A stretch of DNA of 49,097 nt from a bacterium (GCA_024278215.1 JAJRTR010000103.1:1-49097), one strand, 5' to 3'; positions 1 through 10,855 are shown, counted from the stretch's first letter. The notes: generated by a model not told the origin, from the letters alone. Translations and numbers: made by a program.

Positions 1-41
1 ATTTTGAACATTGCATAATATCCGTCTGCTGATATATAGTA

Positions 42-219
42 GAGCCAATTGCAAAATTATGTTCGTAGCGAGGTCGAGCGAAATCGTTCAGAGCAAGGCG
101 GAGAGGTAAAATCCTCGCAGGCGTACTTGTAGAGTACGTCGAGGACGATTTTGCACCGACAACGCAGCTATGGACAATAGCAGCCGATCGCAGCAGAATC
201 ATAATTTTGCAATTGGCGC
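42..219 (+). mobile_element. MITE-like repeat family A, copy 1 (~178 bp)
   Basis: Terminal inverted repeats GAGCCAATTGCAAAATTATG...CATAATTTTGCAATTGGCGC; AGTA duplicated on both flanks; 6 more full-length or near-full-length copies in the window. Confidence 0.9.
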
Positions 220-235
220 AGTAGTCGAAGATATT

Positions 236-1375
236 ATGAGCGATAATCAGGAAAACAATGAGCGGGCTTCGGGGCGTGATCGAGGCGCAGTGTATTTCTT
301 CTGGTCCACACTGTCGATACTCGTGCTCCTGTGCATCGTCATTTGGTTTTTCGGTCGGATCGGCGACATTATCGGCTACTTCGCGGCTGCCGGAGCGATA
401 GCATATATACTTAATCCGGCTGTGGAGGCTATTACTGCCCGCAGGGTGCCGCGTTCTGTCGCTATTATGATCATGTTTCTCGTGCTGCTCGGCGGCATAA
501 CGGCGGCGATCATGCTGATTATCCCGCCGGCTGTCAACCAGTTTAATATGCTGGCGGACAACATACCTCGGTATTTCGATTCGATGAAAGTGTTATGGGA
601 GAAAGTCGTCAGCCTCTCACAAAGCAGTAATATGCCGGTCAGCCTCGAAGAGTTTCCGCAGCGGCTCGCAGGCGACATGCAGAATGTCATCATGAATGCG
701 GGCCGGAATATTTTCACAAATATCGCCGGTTTTTTCAGCGGACTCGCCACGCTGGTCATTGTCCCCATCCTCGTATATTACTTCCTGAAAGACGGCCCGA
801 AGGTTCGCGGCGCGTTCCTCTCTTATATACCTGCCCGGTATCGCGACGAAACCGGCGAACTGCTGTCCAAAATGAATGTTGCACTCGGCGGATTCATTCG
901 GGGGCAGTTGAAGCTCTGCCTCGCTATGGGTGTGCTTACTTTTGTGAGTCTCATATTCCTGCCGGGCATGGAATACGAACTGATCTTCGGCCTCATCGCG
1001 GGCATCACTGAATTCATACCCTATCTCGGGCCGCTTCTCGCTCTGATCGGGCCACTGATTTTCGCGACAACTGTTTCCTGGCAACTCGTGTCGATGGTCC
1101 TCTTGCTTTTCGTGGTGATCCAACTCATCGAGGGCAATTTGCTCGCCCCCCGCATCATCGGCAAAGATGTCGACATGCACCCCGCAATGATCATGCTCGT
1201 TCTGATGGCGGGCGGTCGGCTCGGCGGCATCGTCGGCATGATCGCCGCAATACCGGCCACCGTAATTCTCAAAGTGCTTTTCGACCACTTCTATGTCGGC
1301 AAAGTTATTCGTCCTTCGGAAGCGGCACAGGAGCCGCCGCCATCCACTCTTCAAAACAGCGACGAACGATTATAA
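236..1375 (+). CDS. AI-2E family transporter (PerM/YhhT-like permease)
   Basis: Multi-TM hydrophobic protein with YFLKDG, FIRGQL, FIPYLGP, QLIEGNLLAPRIIG and HP motifs. Start placed at 236 because ATG 170 lies inside the MITE. Confidence 0.9.
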   Translation: MSDNQENNERASGRDRGAVYFFWSTLSILVLLCIVIWFFGRIGDIIGYFAAAGAIAYILNPAVEAITARRVPRSVAIMIMFLVLLGGITAAIMLIIPPAVNQFNMLADNIPRYFDSMKVLWEKVVSLSQSSNMPVSLEEFPQRLAGDMQNVIMNAGRNIFTNIAGFFSGLATLVIVPILVYYFLKDGPKVRGAFLSYIPARYRDETGELLSKMNVALGGFIRGQLKLCLAMGVLTFVSLIFLPGMEYELIFGLIAGITEFIPYLGPLLALIGPLIFATTVSWQLVSMVLLLFVVIQLIEGNLLAPRIIGKDVDMHPAMIMLVLMAGGRLGGIVGMIAAIPATVILKVLFDHFYVGKVIRPSEAAQEPPPSTLQNSDERL

Positions 1376-1609
1376 AGCGGCGAATGATCTTCCGGATTCT
1401 GCAATCGGCCTCAGTCGTCGTATGCTTTGAAAAAGGCGGCGCGGGCCGTGAGTTCACGCGCCGGTGCTCGAAGTCGCACCCGTCACCGTCGGCACGCCCG
1501 CATTCGCTTTACCCTTCGATTTCGCTCATCGAAGAAATGCTCTGCACAACGCTATGAAGAGTTACGTCTGTTATAATAAGGCAATCTTTGCACAACGAGG
1601 AGCACGATT

Positions 1610-2767
1610 ATGTATGGTTACGACCTGAGCGAAGAACAGAAAATGACACTTGATATGGTGAAGAAGTTTATCGGCAACGAACTCGAGCCCATCGCCGCCG
1701 AGATCGACGAAAAAGGCGAGTTCCCGATGCACCTCTATAAAAAAATGGGCGAACTCGGCCTGCTCGGCCTACGGTTCCCGGTGGAATACGGGGGCAGCTC
1801 GAACGGCGAAGAAGATTTCCTGCTGAATAATCTGTGCAACGAGCTGATGGCGGGTGCCAGCGCCGGTTTTACGCTTTCAGTCGGCGCGTCCACTTTGCTG
1901 TTCGGCAACAACGTATTGAAACTCGGCACCGAGGAGCAGAAGAAGAAATACATTCCACCTGTGATCGCTGGCGACAGGATCGGATGCTGGGGACTCACCG
2001 AACCCGAGGCCGGGTCCGACGCTCTCGGCATAAGAACAAAAGCGGTTAAGGACGGTGACCATTATATCCTGAACGGACAGAAAACCTTTATCACGAACGC
2101 GCCGATAGCCGACTATTTCATAATTCTCGCGCGAACGACCGGCGGCTCGGGCGAGATATACGGCGGCTCGGCTTTTCTGCTCGAGCGCGGCATGGAAGGA
2201 CTCGAAACAGGCAAACCGTTCGACAAAATGGGCATGCGGTGTTCGCCCACCGGTGAGATATTCATGGACAATGTGAGGATTCATAAGTCGCAGCTTCTCG
2301 GTGCGCAGGACACGGGTTTCCTCGGCATGATGGATTCGCTCGACGTGGAACGCGCCGGATCGGGCATAATAAACATCGGCATCGCGCAGAAGTGCCTCGA
2401 CATCGTACTGAATTATGTTCGGGAAAGAAAGCAGTTCGGCAGGCCGCTTGCGAAATTTCAGTTGATACAGGAAAAAATAGCTGCAATGTATCGCGACATC
2501 GAGCTTGCGCGTGCATACACATTCCACATACTCGATATGGCCGCAAAAGGCAAAAAGATCACGCGGGAAGCGGGCGTGGCAAAATGGTTCGCCACCGAAA
2601 TGGGCACAAAGGCAGCCCTCGAGGCCATACAGATCATGGGCGGTTACGGCTACATGAAAGAGTATCACGTCGAGAGATACATGCGCGACGCCAAGTTGCT
2701 CGAAATCGGCGCCGGCACAAACGAAATACAAAAACTCCTCATAGCGCGTTTTTTATTGAGCAGGTAA
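1610..2767 (+). CDS. Acyl-CoA dehydrogenase (isovaleryl/short-chain type)
   Basis: GLTEPEAGSD, GQKTFITNA, KMGMRCSPT, R.QFGRP, QIMGGYGY, IGAGTNEIQ motifs; GAGGAG RBS. Confidence 0.93.
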   Translation: MYGYDLSEEQKMTLDMVKKFIGNELEPIAAEIDEKGEFPMHLYKKMGELGLLGLRFPVEYGGSSNGEEDFLLNNLCNELMAGASAGFTLSVGASTLLFGNNVLKLGTEEQKKKYIPPVIAGDRIGCWGLTEPEAGSDALGIRTKAVKDGDHYILNGQKTFITNAPIADYFIILARTTGGSGEIYGGSAFLLERGMEGLETGKPFDKMGMRCSPTGEIFMDNVRIHKSQLLGAQDTGFLGMMDSLDVERAGSGIINIGIAQKCLDIVLNYVRERKQFGRPLAKFQLIQEKIAAMYRDIELARAYTFHILDMAAKGKKITREAGVAKWFATEMGTKAALEAIQIMGGYGYMKEYHVERYMRDAKLLEIGAGTNEIQKLLIARFLLSR

Positions 2768-2878
2768 GGGGCGTGTCACCGGAAATGCGGTGCCCTTTTA
2801 CAAAAACGCGCAAGTTCAGTTAGTATTGTAGGCGGAGAGTACGACATCCGCCGGTGTATCAAGTGAAGGAGAGTCATC

Positions 2879-3334
2879 ATGAAAAACAAATTTCCTGCCA
2901 TGTATGTTGTGTTGGCGCTGATAGCAGGCGTCGCTTTGGGTTGGGGAGGGAAACACATAGTCGACCAGCATCGCAACGAGGTGTTGCCCGACAACATCAG
3001 CAGTGAAGAAAAACAAAGAATAATCAGTATCCTTAAAGGGACTTACACCCCGCGCGGCAAGGATTGTCCACGATTCGTTTTCGATGAAACCAGAGTGCGT
3101 ATATTCTGCTACAAGCTGGGGCCGGTAACCTTCGACGGTATCGATCAGGAGTATGAGTATTCTCACGAGCAGCATCTTATCCGAATTCCTATACATATCC
3201 TTGAGGAAGACGGCATAGAGCTTAATCATACGGTGACACTTGAATGGAATGAAGTTAACGAAATCGGTGACGAACATGGCACGATCCTGAGCAAAAGAAA
3301 GAGCTCCGACCCGGATAGCCCGCAGTCACCATGA
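2879..3334 (+). CDS. Hypothetical membrane-anchored or exported protein
   Basis: 151 aa ORF with AAGGAG RBS and an N-terminal hydrophobic segment. Confidence 0.65.
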   Translation: MKNKFPAMYVVLALIAGVALGWGGKHIVDQHRNEVLPDNISSEEKQRIISILKGTYTPRGKDCPRFVFDETRVRIFCYKLGPVTFDGIDQEYEYSHEQHLIRIPIHILEEDGIELNHTVTLEWNEVNEIGDEHGTILSKRKSSDPDSPQSP

Positions 3335-3509
3335 ATACATACAGTGATCGCAAACAGCTTCCTTCCTGAACCGGCAAAGCCGGAACCAAACAGGACGCAT
3401 TTTCGTGCCCGAACTAATGCGGTTTGAGCACGGCACACAGAGTTTCATCAACCCGGATTGCTCACAAAGAAATCCTGAAAGCATGATGTCCCCGGAGTTC
3501 CTGAATTGC

Positions 3510-4298
3510 TCACAGGTTCTTGAACTTTGCAGTGATGGCGGCAATGGCGGCGAATTTATCTTTCACAGTATCGAGATCGCCGCCCATGCGGTAGGTGTCC
3601 TTGTCGAGCCTGCCTGCCGGGTCGAGTTCGCTGAGCACATTATCCTGTTTCATATCCGGGTTCTCTACTTTGAAGGGCCACAGCCTGAATGAACCGCCTG
3701 TGATCTCGTCGATAAGATAGACGTCGTCTTTTATAATGCCGTATTCGAGTTTCATGTCGATGAGTTGGACACCGAAGCGTGCAAAAGCTCTTTCGAGGTG
3801 TTCGAAGACTTCTGCGTTTATCCTGCGTGCTTCGGAATATTCGCGGGCGTTCTTCTCGCAGATCATGAACTCGATGTATGACTCGTCGAGCATCGGATCA
3901 TGGAGGGGATCGTCTTTATAGTGAAATTGTGTAATGACCGGGTCGTAGAGGTCGCCTTCGCTGATGCCCGTGCCCCATTTGAGGATAGAGCCGGTGGCGA
4001 CGCGCCGCGACACTACTTCGAGATTTATCTTGCGTTCGAGTTTTTTAACGATGGAAACCTTTTCTTCGGGACTGGAGACATAGTGTGTGCGAACACCGCA
4101 TCTGTTGAGGTAATCGAAGATGTCCCGGTTTGTCTGCCAGTCTACAAGCGCTTTGCCTTCGATCGTGTCGTGTTTTACGCCGTCGCCAGCCGTGATGTCA
4201 TCTTTGAAAACCATGAATACGGTATCCTTATCGGATGGGTTTTCGTAGATGATTTTTGTTTTCCCTTCAATTATTATTTTCAATTTGCTTGTGTCCAT
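3510..4298 (-). CDS. purC: SAICAR synthetase
   Basis: EGKTKIIY, FKDDITAGDG, LEVVSRRVATGS, YKDDPLHDP, LIDMKLEYG, DEIT..SFRLW, DKDTYR motifs; GGGAGG RBS. Confidence 0.93.
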   Translation of the reverse strand: MDTSKLKIIIEGKTKIIYENPSDKDTVFMVFKDDITAGDGVKHDTIEGKALVDWQTNRDIFDYLNRCGVRTHYVSSPEEKVSIVKKLERKINLEVVSRRVATGSILKWGTGISEGDLYDPVITQFHYKDDPLHDPMLDESYIEFMICEKNAREYSEARRINAEVFEHLERAFARFGVQLIDMKLEYGIIKDDVYLIDEITGGSFRLWPFKVENPDMKQDNVLSELDPAGRLDKDTYRMGGDLDTVKDKFAAIAAITAKFKNL

Positions 4299-4599
4299 TT
4301 TCTTTCCTCCCTATGGTAATGCTCTGTCTGCTGAATGAGTTTCCATGTCCCTGCCGATTTCCCGATTGTTGAGGTGATTTGTAGTCAGCGTCATCACCGG
4401 GGATGGTGGAAACGAGTAATATCTTATTATTTACTCCTTGCGGTTTCAACAGAGACGGTAAAAATGATAAACTACATGGTTGGACTCAGGGTGGGCCGGG
4501 GAACGATAACAACAATAAAGCAGGTGGATGGTAACAGTAAAAAAAATTATTTCTCACGGGAACATTCTTATCACAAGACTGTCAAAAAATATCTATAGG

Positions 4600-4775
4600 G
4601 AGCCAATTTTAAAATTATGTTCGTAACGAGGCCTATCGAAACTGTTCGGAAGCAGGGCAGGGGCACAAAATCCGCCCGGATGTACTCATAGTGTATGAGG
4701 GTGATTTTGTGTGGCAGCGCCGCAATGGACAATTGCAGCCGACCGCGGCGGAATCAGAATTTTTATAATCGGCTC
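4600..4775 (+). mobile_element. MITE family A, copy 2 (diverged)
   Basis: GAGCCAATTTTAAAATTATG...AGAATTTTTATAATCGGCTC termini; body aligns to copy 1; no intact TSD. Confidence 0.85.
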
Positions 4776-4810
4776 CTGAGGGACAGAAAACATAATATCA
4801 GGGTATACAA

Positions 4811-5743
4811 ATGATCAAAGTTGACAGACTGGAAAAATCTTTCGGCGCTACAAAAGCAGTGGATGACGTATCATTCGAGCTGAAAGCGGGCGAAGTGCTG
4901 GGGTTCCTAGGTCCCAACGGCGCAGGCAAGAGCACGACGATGAAGATCATGACCACTTATCTGTCCGCGGATTCGGGCAGTGTGTCCGTCGAGGGTTTCG
5001 ACACGGAGGAAAACGCCATCGAGGTGCGCAGGCGCATCGGGTATCTGCCAGAGAATAATCCGCTTTATGTGGATATGGATGTGCTCGATTACCTGTGTTT
5101 TGTGGCGCAGGTGAGGCGTTTGCCCGCGGCTACAAGGACGAAACGGCTGAAGGAAGTTATCGGGATGTGTGCGCTGGGCGACGTGCAGAGGAAAAACATC
5201 GGGCAGTTGTCGAAAGGATACCGCCAGAGGGTAGGCCTCGCGTCGGCGCTGCTGCATGATCCGGGCTTCCTTATTCTCGACGAGCCCACATCGGGTCTCG
5301 ATCCGTCGCAGATAAAAGAGATAAGAAATATGATACGAGAAATCGGGAAAGAAAAAGCGATCATTATCAGCACACACATACTGCCGGAAGTGGAGGCGAT
5401 GTGCGACCGCGCGATTATCATCAATCGCGGGCGGCTCGTCGCCGAGGGTGTCACAAGTGAATTGAGCGCGAAGGCGGCGGGCGAGAAGATTGTGTATACG
5501 GCGATAAAAAGCGAGGCAAGCGATGTGCGGGAAAAACTGGCGGCTCTCGAAGGTGTGTCCGAGGTGACTGTCAGGGACTCGCTCGCGCAGGGACACAACA
5601 GCTTCGCTTTGAAGTGTTCGCCGGATAAGGAAATTTCTGAAGCTGTTTACGATCTTTCTGTCGCCGAAGGCTGGAAACTCACAGAATTGCACAGCGAGGT
5701 GGCGACGCTCGAGGATGTGTTCCTGCAACTTACGAAGGATTAA
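4811..5743 (+). CDS. ABC transporter ATP-binding protein (GldA-like)
   Basis: Walker A GPNGAGKST, signature LSKGYRQRV, Walker B LILDEPT, H-loop STH. Confidence 0.92.
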   Translation: MIKVDRLEKSFGATKAVDDVSFELKAGEVLGFLGPNGAGKSTTMKIMTTYLSADSGSVSVEGFDTEENAIEVRRRIGYLPENNPLYVDMDVLDYLCFVAQVRRLPAATRTKRLKEVIGMCALGDVQRKNIGQLSKGYRQRVGLASALLHDPGFLILDEPTSGLDPSQIKEIRNMIREIGKEKAIIISTHILPEVEAMCDRAIIINRGRLVAEGVTSELSAKAAGEKIVYTAIKSEASDVREKLAALEGVSEVTVRDSLAQGHNSFALKCSPDKEISEAVYDLSVAEGWKLTELHSEVATLEDVFLQLTKD

Positions 5744-5800
5744 GCCTTTCGGGCCTGTTTGCGCGGGTGCCGTGACGACTAAAGTATAAAGGTGTGAGAA

Positions 5801-6544
5801 ATGTACAACATACTGGCAATTACGAAAAAGGAATTTACCGGCTACTTCAACTCCCCTATCGCCTATGTGGTGATGGTCGTATTCCTCGGAATAGTCAATA
5901 TTCTGTTTTTTAACGGAGCGGGCTTCCAGGGGTTGGCATTCAGTCCGGGGTTGTTCCTGCGGGGAACAGTCGATATGAGGCCGATGCTGACACATCTGCC
6001 GTGGATATTCATAGTAATCGCGCCTGCGATTACTATGAAGCTGTGGGCAGAGGAGCGGAAGCTGGGCACGCTCGAGATACTGCTCACGCTGCCCGTGAGA
6101 GACTACGAAGCGGTGCTGGGCAAGTACCTGGCGAGTTTCCTTTTTCTCGCCCTGAATCTGGCGCTGACGCTTTCTATCCCATACACACTCACGCGGATCG
6201 GCAACCCGGACTTCGGGCCGATAATAGGCGGCTACACAGGCGCGTTGCTGCTGGGCGGTGTGTATCTCGCCGTGGGCCTGTTCGCGTCATCTCTGGCTGT
6301 CGAGCAGATCGTAGCGTTTATCCTGGGCGCTCTGGTGTGTGCGTTTCTCTTTATCATCGGCAACCAGGTGATTGTAATGCAACTCCCGGTGCAGCTCGGC
6401 ACACTGCTGATGCATATATGCACGGCTACTCACTTCGAGAACATATCGCGGGGAGTCATCGATTCGCGCGATGTGATTTATTATCTTTCGGCAACTGTTT
6501 TCTTCCTTGTGTTGACCAATATCACCGTGGAAAGCAGGAGATAG
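5801..6544 (+). CDS. ABC-2 type permease (GldF-like)
   Basis: KEF..YFNSPIAY, PAITMKLWAEERKLGTLEILLTLP, RGVID.RD..YY motifs. Confidence 0.9.
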   Translation: MYNILAITKKEFTGYFNSPIAYVVMVVFLGIVNILFFNGAGFQGLAFSPGLFLRGTVDMRPMLTHLPWIFIVIAPAITMKLWAEERKLGTLEILLTLPVRDYEAVLGKYLASFLFLALNLALTLSIPYTLTRIGNPDFGPIIGGYTGALLLGGVYLAVGLFASSLAVEQIVAFILGALVCAFLFIIGNQVIVMQLPVQLGTLLMHICTATHFENISRGVIDSRDVIYYLSATVFFLVLTNITVESRR

Positions 6545-6620
6545 GAACCCGGCGCGGCAAAACCCGACGGGCGCGCCCGCAATGTAAATAAATATCACGT
6601 TTTTTGGAGACCTCAACCCG

Positions 6621-8252
6621 ATGGACGGAAAAAAGGCGAAAAGAAGAATCAGCGCACTCACAGCAGGGTTGCTCACGCTGGGCATCCTGGTGGTTGTGAA
6701 CCTGTTCGCGCTACGGCATTTTAAACGTGCCGACCTGACGGAAGAAAAACAGTATACACTGAGCGATTCGAGTAAATCCGCGGTGCGCGGGCTCGACGAC
6801 ACACTCACTGTTACCGTTTATATGTCCGAAGACATCCCGGCAAACCTGATGGAACTCAAGCGCGGTGTCATCGACATGCTCGAGGAGTTTCGCTCGTATT
6901 CCGGCGGTCACATGCGAATCAAGTACATCGACCCGGAAGGTAACGACGAACTGAAGCAGGAACTGGCGCGGCTCGGCATCCAGGAAGCAATGTGGCGGGT
7001 GATCGAAAAAGATAAAGTCGAAACGGCAAAAGGATATTTCGGCATTGGCCTGCGCTACCGCGACAAAGAGGAAGGCATACCGGTCGTGGGGCGGCTCGAC
7101 ACGTTCGAATATGTTATGACCGCGACGATACTGAAAGTCGCCTCGCCGGAAGCTATCACTATCGGCTTCCTTATGGGCAACAAAGAGTTCGAGCCCTATG
7201 TCGAGATGAACACGCTCTGGAACACGCTCCAGAGCCAGTATGAAGTGACGGTTGTGAATCTCGACAACCAGCCACAGGTCCCGAATAATGTCAATGTGCT
7301 GATTATACCGCGACCGTCCGAGGAAATCCCGGATTACCAGAAGTTCGCCATCGACCAGTTCCTGATGAGCGGAGGCCGTGTTGTTATGCTGCTCGACCCG
7401 GTGAAAATGAAGCAGGGAACCCTGCGCGCCGAGCCGATAAAAACAGGCCTGAAAGATATGCTGAAAAGCTACGGCCTGACACTTAACGACGCGCTCGTCC
7501 TCGACCGCTACAACCAGAACGCCCAGTTCAATATGGGCCGCGGCATGATCATGAACACACCCTATCCTTTCTGGGTTAAGGTAGTGCGGAAGAATATGGA
7601 CAAGAACAATCCCGCTCTGACAAATATCGACGAAGTGCTGCTCCCGTGGACCACCTGGATAGATGTCGCCGGGGAAATGCCCGAAGGCCTGAAGGCGAAG
7701 ACGATTCTGCGCAGCAGCGAGTTTTCATGGACTCAGCCTTATTATAATCTGAGCCCGCAGCAGCGGTTCCAGCCGAATCAGGAAGACATGAAATCGCGAC
7801 CGCTCGCCGTGCTCGTGACGGGAAAATTCCCGAGCCATTACGCAGGTCAGGATATACCCGCGAAGCCGGTGGATGAAGCCGCCACGCAGCAGCAGCAGGC
7901 ACAGCCGTCGATGACGTTCCCCGAAGATAAGCGGATCGAGGAAGCTACCGCGGACGGCGCGCTGCTCATCATCGGGAACGCCGAATTCATCACAGGTGGT
8001 TTCACCAGGATGGCACCGACAAACCAGTTGTTCCTCCTGAACGCAATCGACCAGATGGCCTATGGCGACAAGCTGATAAGCCTTCGCGCGCGCGGTATGA
8101 AACCCAGAGCGATCGACAAGGACATCATGGACAACGAAAAACTTAAGAGCAAGATCAAATGGATAAACCTGTTGCTCATGCCCGGATTGGTCATTATCTT
8201 TGGAATCGCCCGCGGTATATTCAGGCGCAACAGGAAAGGGCTGGACGTTTAG
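6621..8252 (+). CDS. GldG-family ABC auxiliary protein
   Basis: DLTEEKQYTLS, IDQFLMSGG, NQLFLLNAID..LISLR motifs; N- and C-terminal TM helices. Confidence 0.88.
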   Translation: MDGKKAKRRISALTAGLLTLGILVVVNLFALRHFKRADLTEEKQYTLSDSSKSAVRGLDDTLTVTVYMSEDIPANLMELKRGVIDMLEEFRSYSGGHMRIKYIDPEGNDELKQELARLGIQEAMWRVIEKDKVETAKGYFGIGLRYRDKEEGIPVVGRLDTFEYVMTATILKVASPEAITIGFLMGNKEFEPYVEMNTLWNTLQSQYEVTVVNLDNQPQVPNNVNVLIIPRPSEEIPDYQKFAIDQFLMSGGRVVMLLDPVKMKQGTLRAEPIKTGLKDMLKSYGLTLNDALVLDRYNQNAQFNMGRGMIMNTPYPFWVKVVRKNMDKNNPALTNIDEVLLPWTTWIDVAGEMPEGLKAKTILRSSEFSWTQPYYNLSPQQRFQPNQEDMKSRPLAVLVTGKFPSHYAGQDIPAKPVDEAATQQQQAQPSMTFPEDKRIEEATADGALLIIGNAEFITGGFTRMAPTNQLFLLNAIDQMAYGDKLISLRARGMKPRAIDKDIMDNEKLKSKIKWINLLLMPGLVIIFGIARGIFRRNRKGLDV

Positions 8253-8354
8253 AAAAAAGAGGAGCGCCGGAAGCCGCCGGCGTTTCCCCGAATGCGCCTC
8301 ATCAACAATACTGTTTTGAGAGGCCGTTAAAATTATTTCGACAGGTGTAAAGAG

Positions 8355-9425
8355 ATGAAAAACAAGACGATACTTATACTCGCAGTAGCTTTCTTCGCAA
8401 TGCTCGCGGCATACTACATTATGGAAAAACCGGAAACCGACATATACAAAAAGTCGGAAGCGCAGGTGAAACCGCTGTTCGGCAATATCAACGCCGACGA
8501 CATTGCTAAAATCACAATCGCCGCGAAAAACAACAATACCACACTTGTCAAATCCGACAAAGGTTGGGTTGTGAAAGAGGAAAACAACTTCCCGGCAAAT
8601 AAAGATTTGATCGACAAGATCGTCAAGTCGATACCCGCGATGACCGACGAGGAAATCGCATCCGACAACCCCGAAAACGCGGCGCTCTATAAAGTTGATA
8701 AAGATAACGCTGTGCATGTGCAGGTGTTCAACAGCAAAGATAAGGTTATAGCAGATTACTATGTCGGCAAAAACGGCACGGGGAGAACCAGCTACGTGCG
8801 GGCGGAAGGCTCGGACGTCGTGACGCTCCAGAAAGATGTTTTCAGATATCAATACGACAAATCGCCAAAAGCATGGCGGAACAGATCGATAGTGAAATTC
8901 GACGCGGAAAAGGTACAAAGAATAGAGATCACGCGCCCCGATGCCGCTCCGGACACTCCACTCGCCGAAGCCGCGGGCGGTGCCACACAGACTGTCGTCA
9001 TAAGGAAAAACGGAGAAGGCACATGGGAAATGACCGAGCCTGAATTCAGGACAGGCAAAAAAGCCGCGATACAGAACCTTGTACGCACATTCTCGAACCT
9101 CACAGCAAGTGATGTGCCCCCTCAGGATGCCGAAAACACGGGACTCGACGAGCCTTACATCACCGGCAAAGTTGTGCTCGAAGGCGGCACAGAACATGAA
9201 ATACTGATAGGCGCGAAAAAGGAAGGCACGAACAATTATTTCGCACGCAGCGCGGATTCCGACCTGCTGTATCTCATCGCAAAATATCAGGTGGACATAT
9301 TCAGGAAAAAACTCGACGATCTTGGCAACGTGCCTGAACAGAAACCGGTAACCGATTCCGAATCGGGGACCGGCTCCGGGGAACCCCCGGTTGTCCCGGA
9401 TGCCGCACCCCAGGCTCAAGACTAA
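8355..9425 (+). CDS. DUF4340 domain protein
   Basis: N-terminal TM, two repeated DUF4340-like units, WRNRSIVKF motif; usual fourth gene of gldAFG-like operons. Confidence 0.8.
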   Translation: MKNKTILILAVAFFAMLAAYYIMEKPETDIYKKSEAQVKPLFGNINADDIAKITIAAKNNNTTLVKSDKGWVVKEENNFPANKDLIDKIVKSIPAMTDEEIASDNPENAALYKVDKDNAVHVQVFNSKDKVIADYYVGKNGTGRTSYVRAEGSDVVTLQKDVFRYQYDKSPKAWRNRSIVKFDAEKVQRIEITRPDAAPDTPLAEAAGGATQTVVIRKNGEGTWEMTEPEFRTGKKAAIQNLVRTFSNLTASDVPPQDAENTGLDEPYITGKVVLEGGTEHEILIGAKKEGTNNYFARSADSDLLYLIAKYQVDIFRKKLDDLGNVPEQKPVTDSESGTGSGEPPVVPDAAPQAQD

Positions 9426-9536
9426 CTTTTTCATGACTTTCGGAGTTGATGGATTCGATGCGGAAAAAGTGTAGTAATAGAGAGGAATATCAGGACAGTA
9501 GTTGGGGCTTACGCCTCTGGGTCAAAAAAACCGAAC

Positions 9537-9571
9537 AAAAAAGCCCCCTCGCATCCGAGGAGGCTTTTTTT
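9537..9571. terminator. Bidirectional intrinsic terminator
   Basis: AAAAAAGCCCCCTCGCATCCGAGGAGGCTTTTTTT hairpin with A and T tails, between convergent operons. Confidence 0.8.
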
Positions 9572-9676
9572 ATGGTGACTTTGCCTTAAATTTGCAATGT
9601 CATATATTGCCCCGGACCGGCGTCGGCCCGTGACAATGATGAATTGATCGTGTGTTAACAGCTTCGATTCGCGTGC

Positions 9677-10855
9677 TCAGTACTTCTCGCGCTCGAAGAG
9701 GCCCGCCGCGCCCATGCCGCCGCCTATGCACATCGAGACAATGCCCCACTGCTTGTCGTAGTCTTTCAGTTCATAGAGCAACTGGTTGGTGAGCTTGGCA
9801 CCCGTGCAGCCCAGCGGGTGTCCGAGTGCGACGGCACCGCCGTGCACGTTTACACGGTCCATGTGTTTGTCATAGAGACCGAGTTCGCGAAGACAATAGC
9901 GTGCCTGTGAGGCGAACGCTTCGTTGACTTCGTAGTAGTCGATGTCCGTGATGTCTTTGCTTGTAGCTTTGAGCAGTTTGCGGATCGAGTAGAGAGGTCC
10001 TACGCCCATTTCGTCGGGGTGCGTACCTATGGTCGAGTACCAGCGGAAAGTCGCCATGGGCTTGCATCCAAGCTCTTTCGCCTTTTCCTTGCTCATCACG
10101 AGGACAGCGGCCGCGCCATCGTTCATGGGCGACGAATTGCCTGCTGTGACTGATCCGCCTTTTTTAAAGACGGTGCGAAGTTTAGCGAGACCTTCGACAG
10201 TTGTGTTGTAACGCGGGGCTTCGTCTGTGTCGAACACGACTTCTTTCCAGCCCGCGCCGTCTGCCACACGCGCATTCACGGGAACGATCTGTTCCTTGAA
10301 CTTACCGCCTTCGATGGCGGCTTTGGCCTTCATCTGACTATCGTAAGCGAATTCGTCCTGCATCTCACGTGTGATCCCGTAGCGTGAGGCTACGTTCTCG
10401 GCAGTGATGCCCATGGGGCAGTATGCCGCCGGGAAATCCGTGGCCAGTTTCAGATTGAGCTCCGGGATGTATCCGCCCATGGGAACCATGGTCATGGATT
10501 CGGTGCCGCCCGCGAGGACAACATCGTTCCAGCCCGCCATGACTCTTTCGGCGGCTATCGCTATCGACTCCAGACCGGATGAGCAGAATCTGTTGACGGT
10601 CAGGGCCGCCACTTCAATCGGCATATCCGCGGCGAATGTCGCGATACGCGCTATATTCATACCGAGCGATGCTTCGGGCATCGCGCAGCCGAGGATAACG
10701 TCTTCGACATCCGATTTTTTTATCTCGGCCCTGTCAATGACTTCATTTATGACAATTGCGGCCAGATCGTCGGCTCGCATATTGGCAAGCGTGCCGCGCT
10801 TGGCGCGTCCGATGGCTGTTCGGGCCGCGGCTACTATGACTGCTTCTTTCGCCAT
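9677..10855 (-). CDS. fadA: Acetyl-CoA C-acyltransferase (3-ketoacyl-CoA thiolase)
   Basis: NRFCSSG (catalytic Cys), NEAFA, GHPLGCTG, CIGGGMG motifs; GGAGG RBS. Confidence 0.93.
   Translation of the reverse strand: MAKEAVIVAAARTAIGRAKRGTLANMRADDLAAIVINEVIDRAEIKKSDVEDVILGCAMPEASLGMNIARIATFAADMPIEVAALTVNRFCSSGLESIAIAAERVMAGWNDVVLAGGTESMTMVPMGGYIPELNLKLATDFPAAYCPMGITAENVASRYGITREMQDEFAYDSQMKAKAAIEGGKFKEQIVPVNARVADGAGWKEVVFDTDEAPRYNTTVEGLAKLRTVFKKGGSVTAGNSSPMNDGAAAVLVMSKEKAKELGCKPMATFRWYSTIGTHPDEMGVGPLYSIRKLLKATSKDITDIDYYEVNEAFASQARYCLRELGLYDKHMDRVNVHGGAVALGHPLGCTGAKLTNQLLYELKDYDKQWGIVSMCIGGGMGAAGLFEREKY

Noticed and set aside
42-219. Family A repeats as dispersed CRISPR units or tRNA-like genes
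   Set aside because: No repeat-spacer periodicity or cloverleaf; TIRs and TSDs indicate a MITE
4299-4599. Purine-related riboswitch (ZTP, PRPP, guanine) upstream of purC
   Set aside because: No recognisable consensus; only a weak AT-rich palindrome (GAGTAA...TTACTC)
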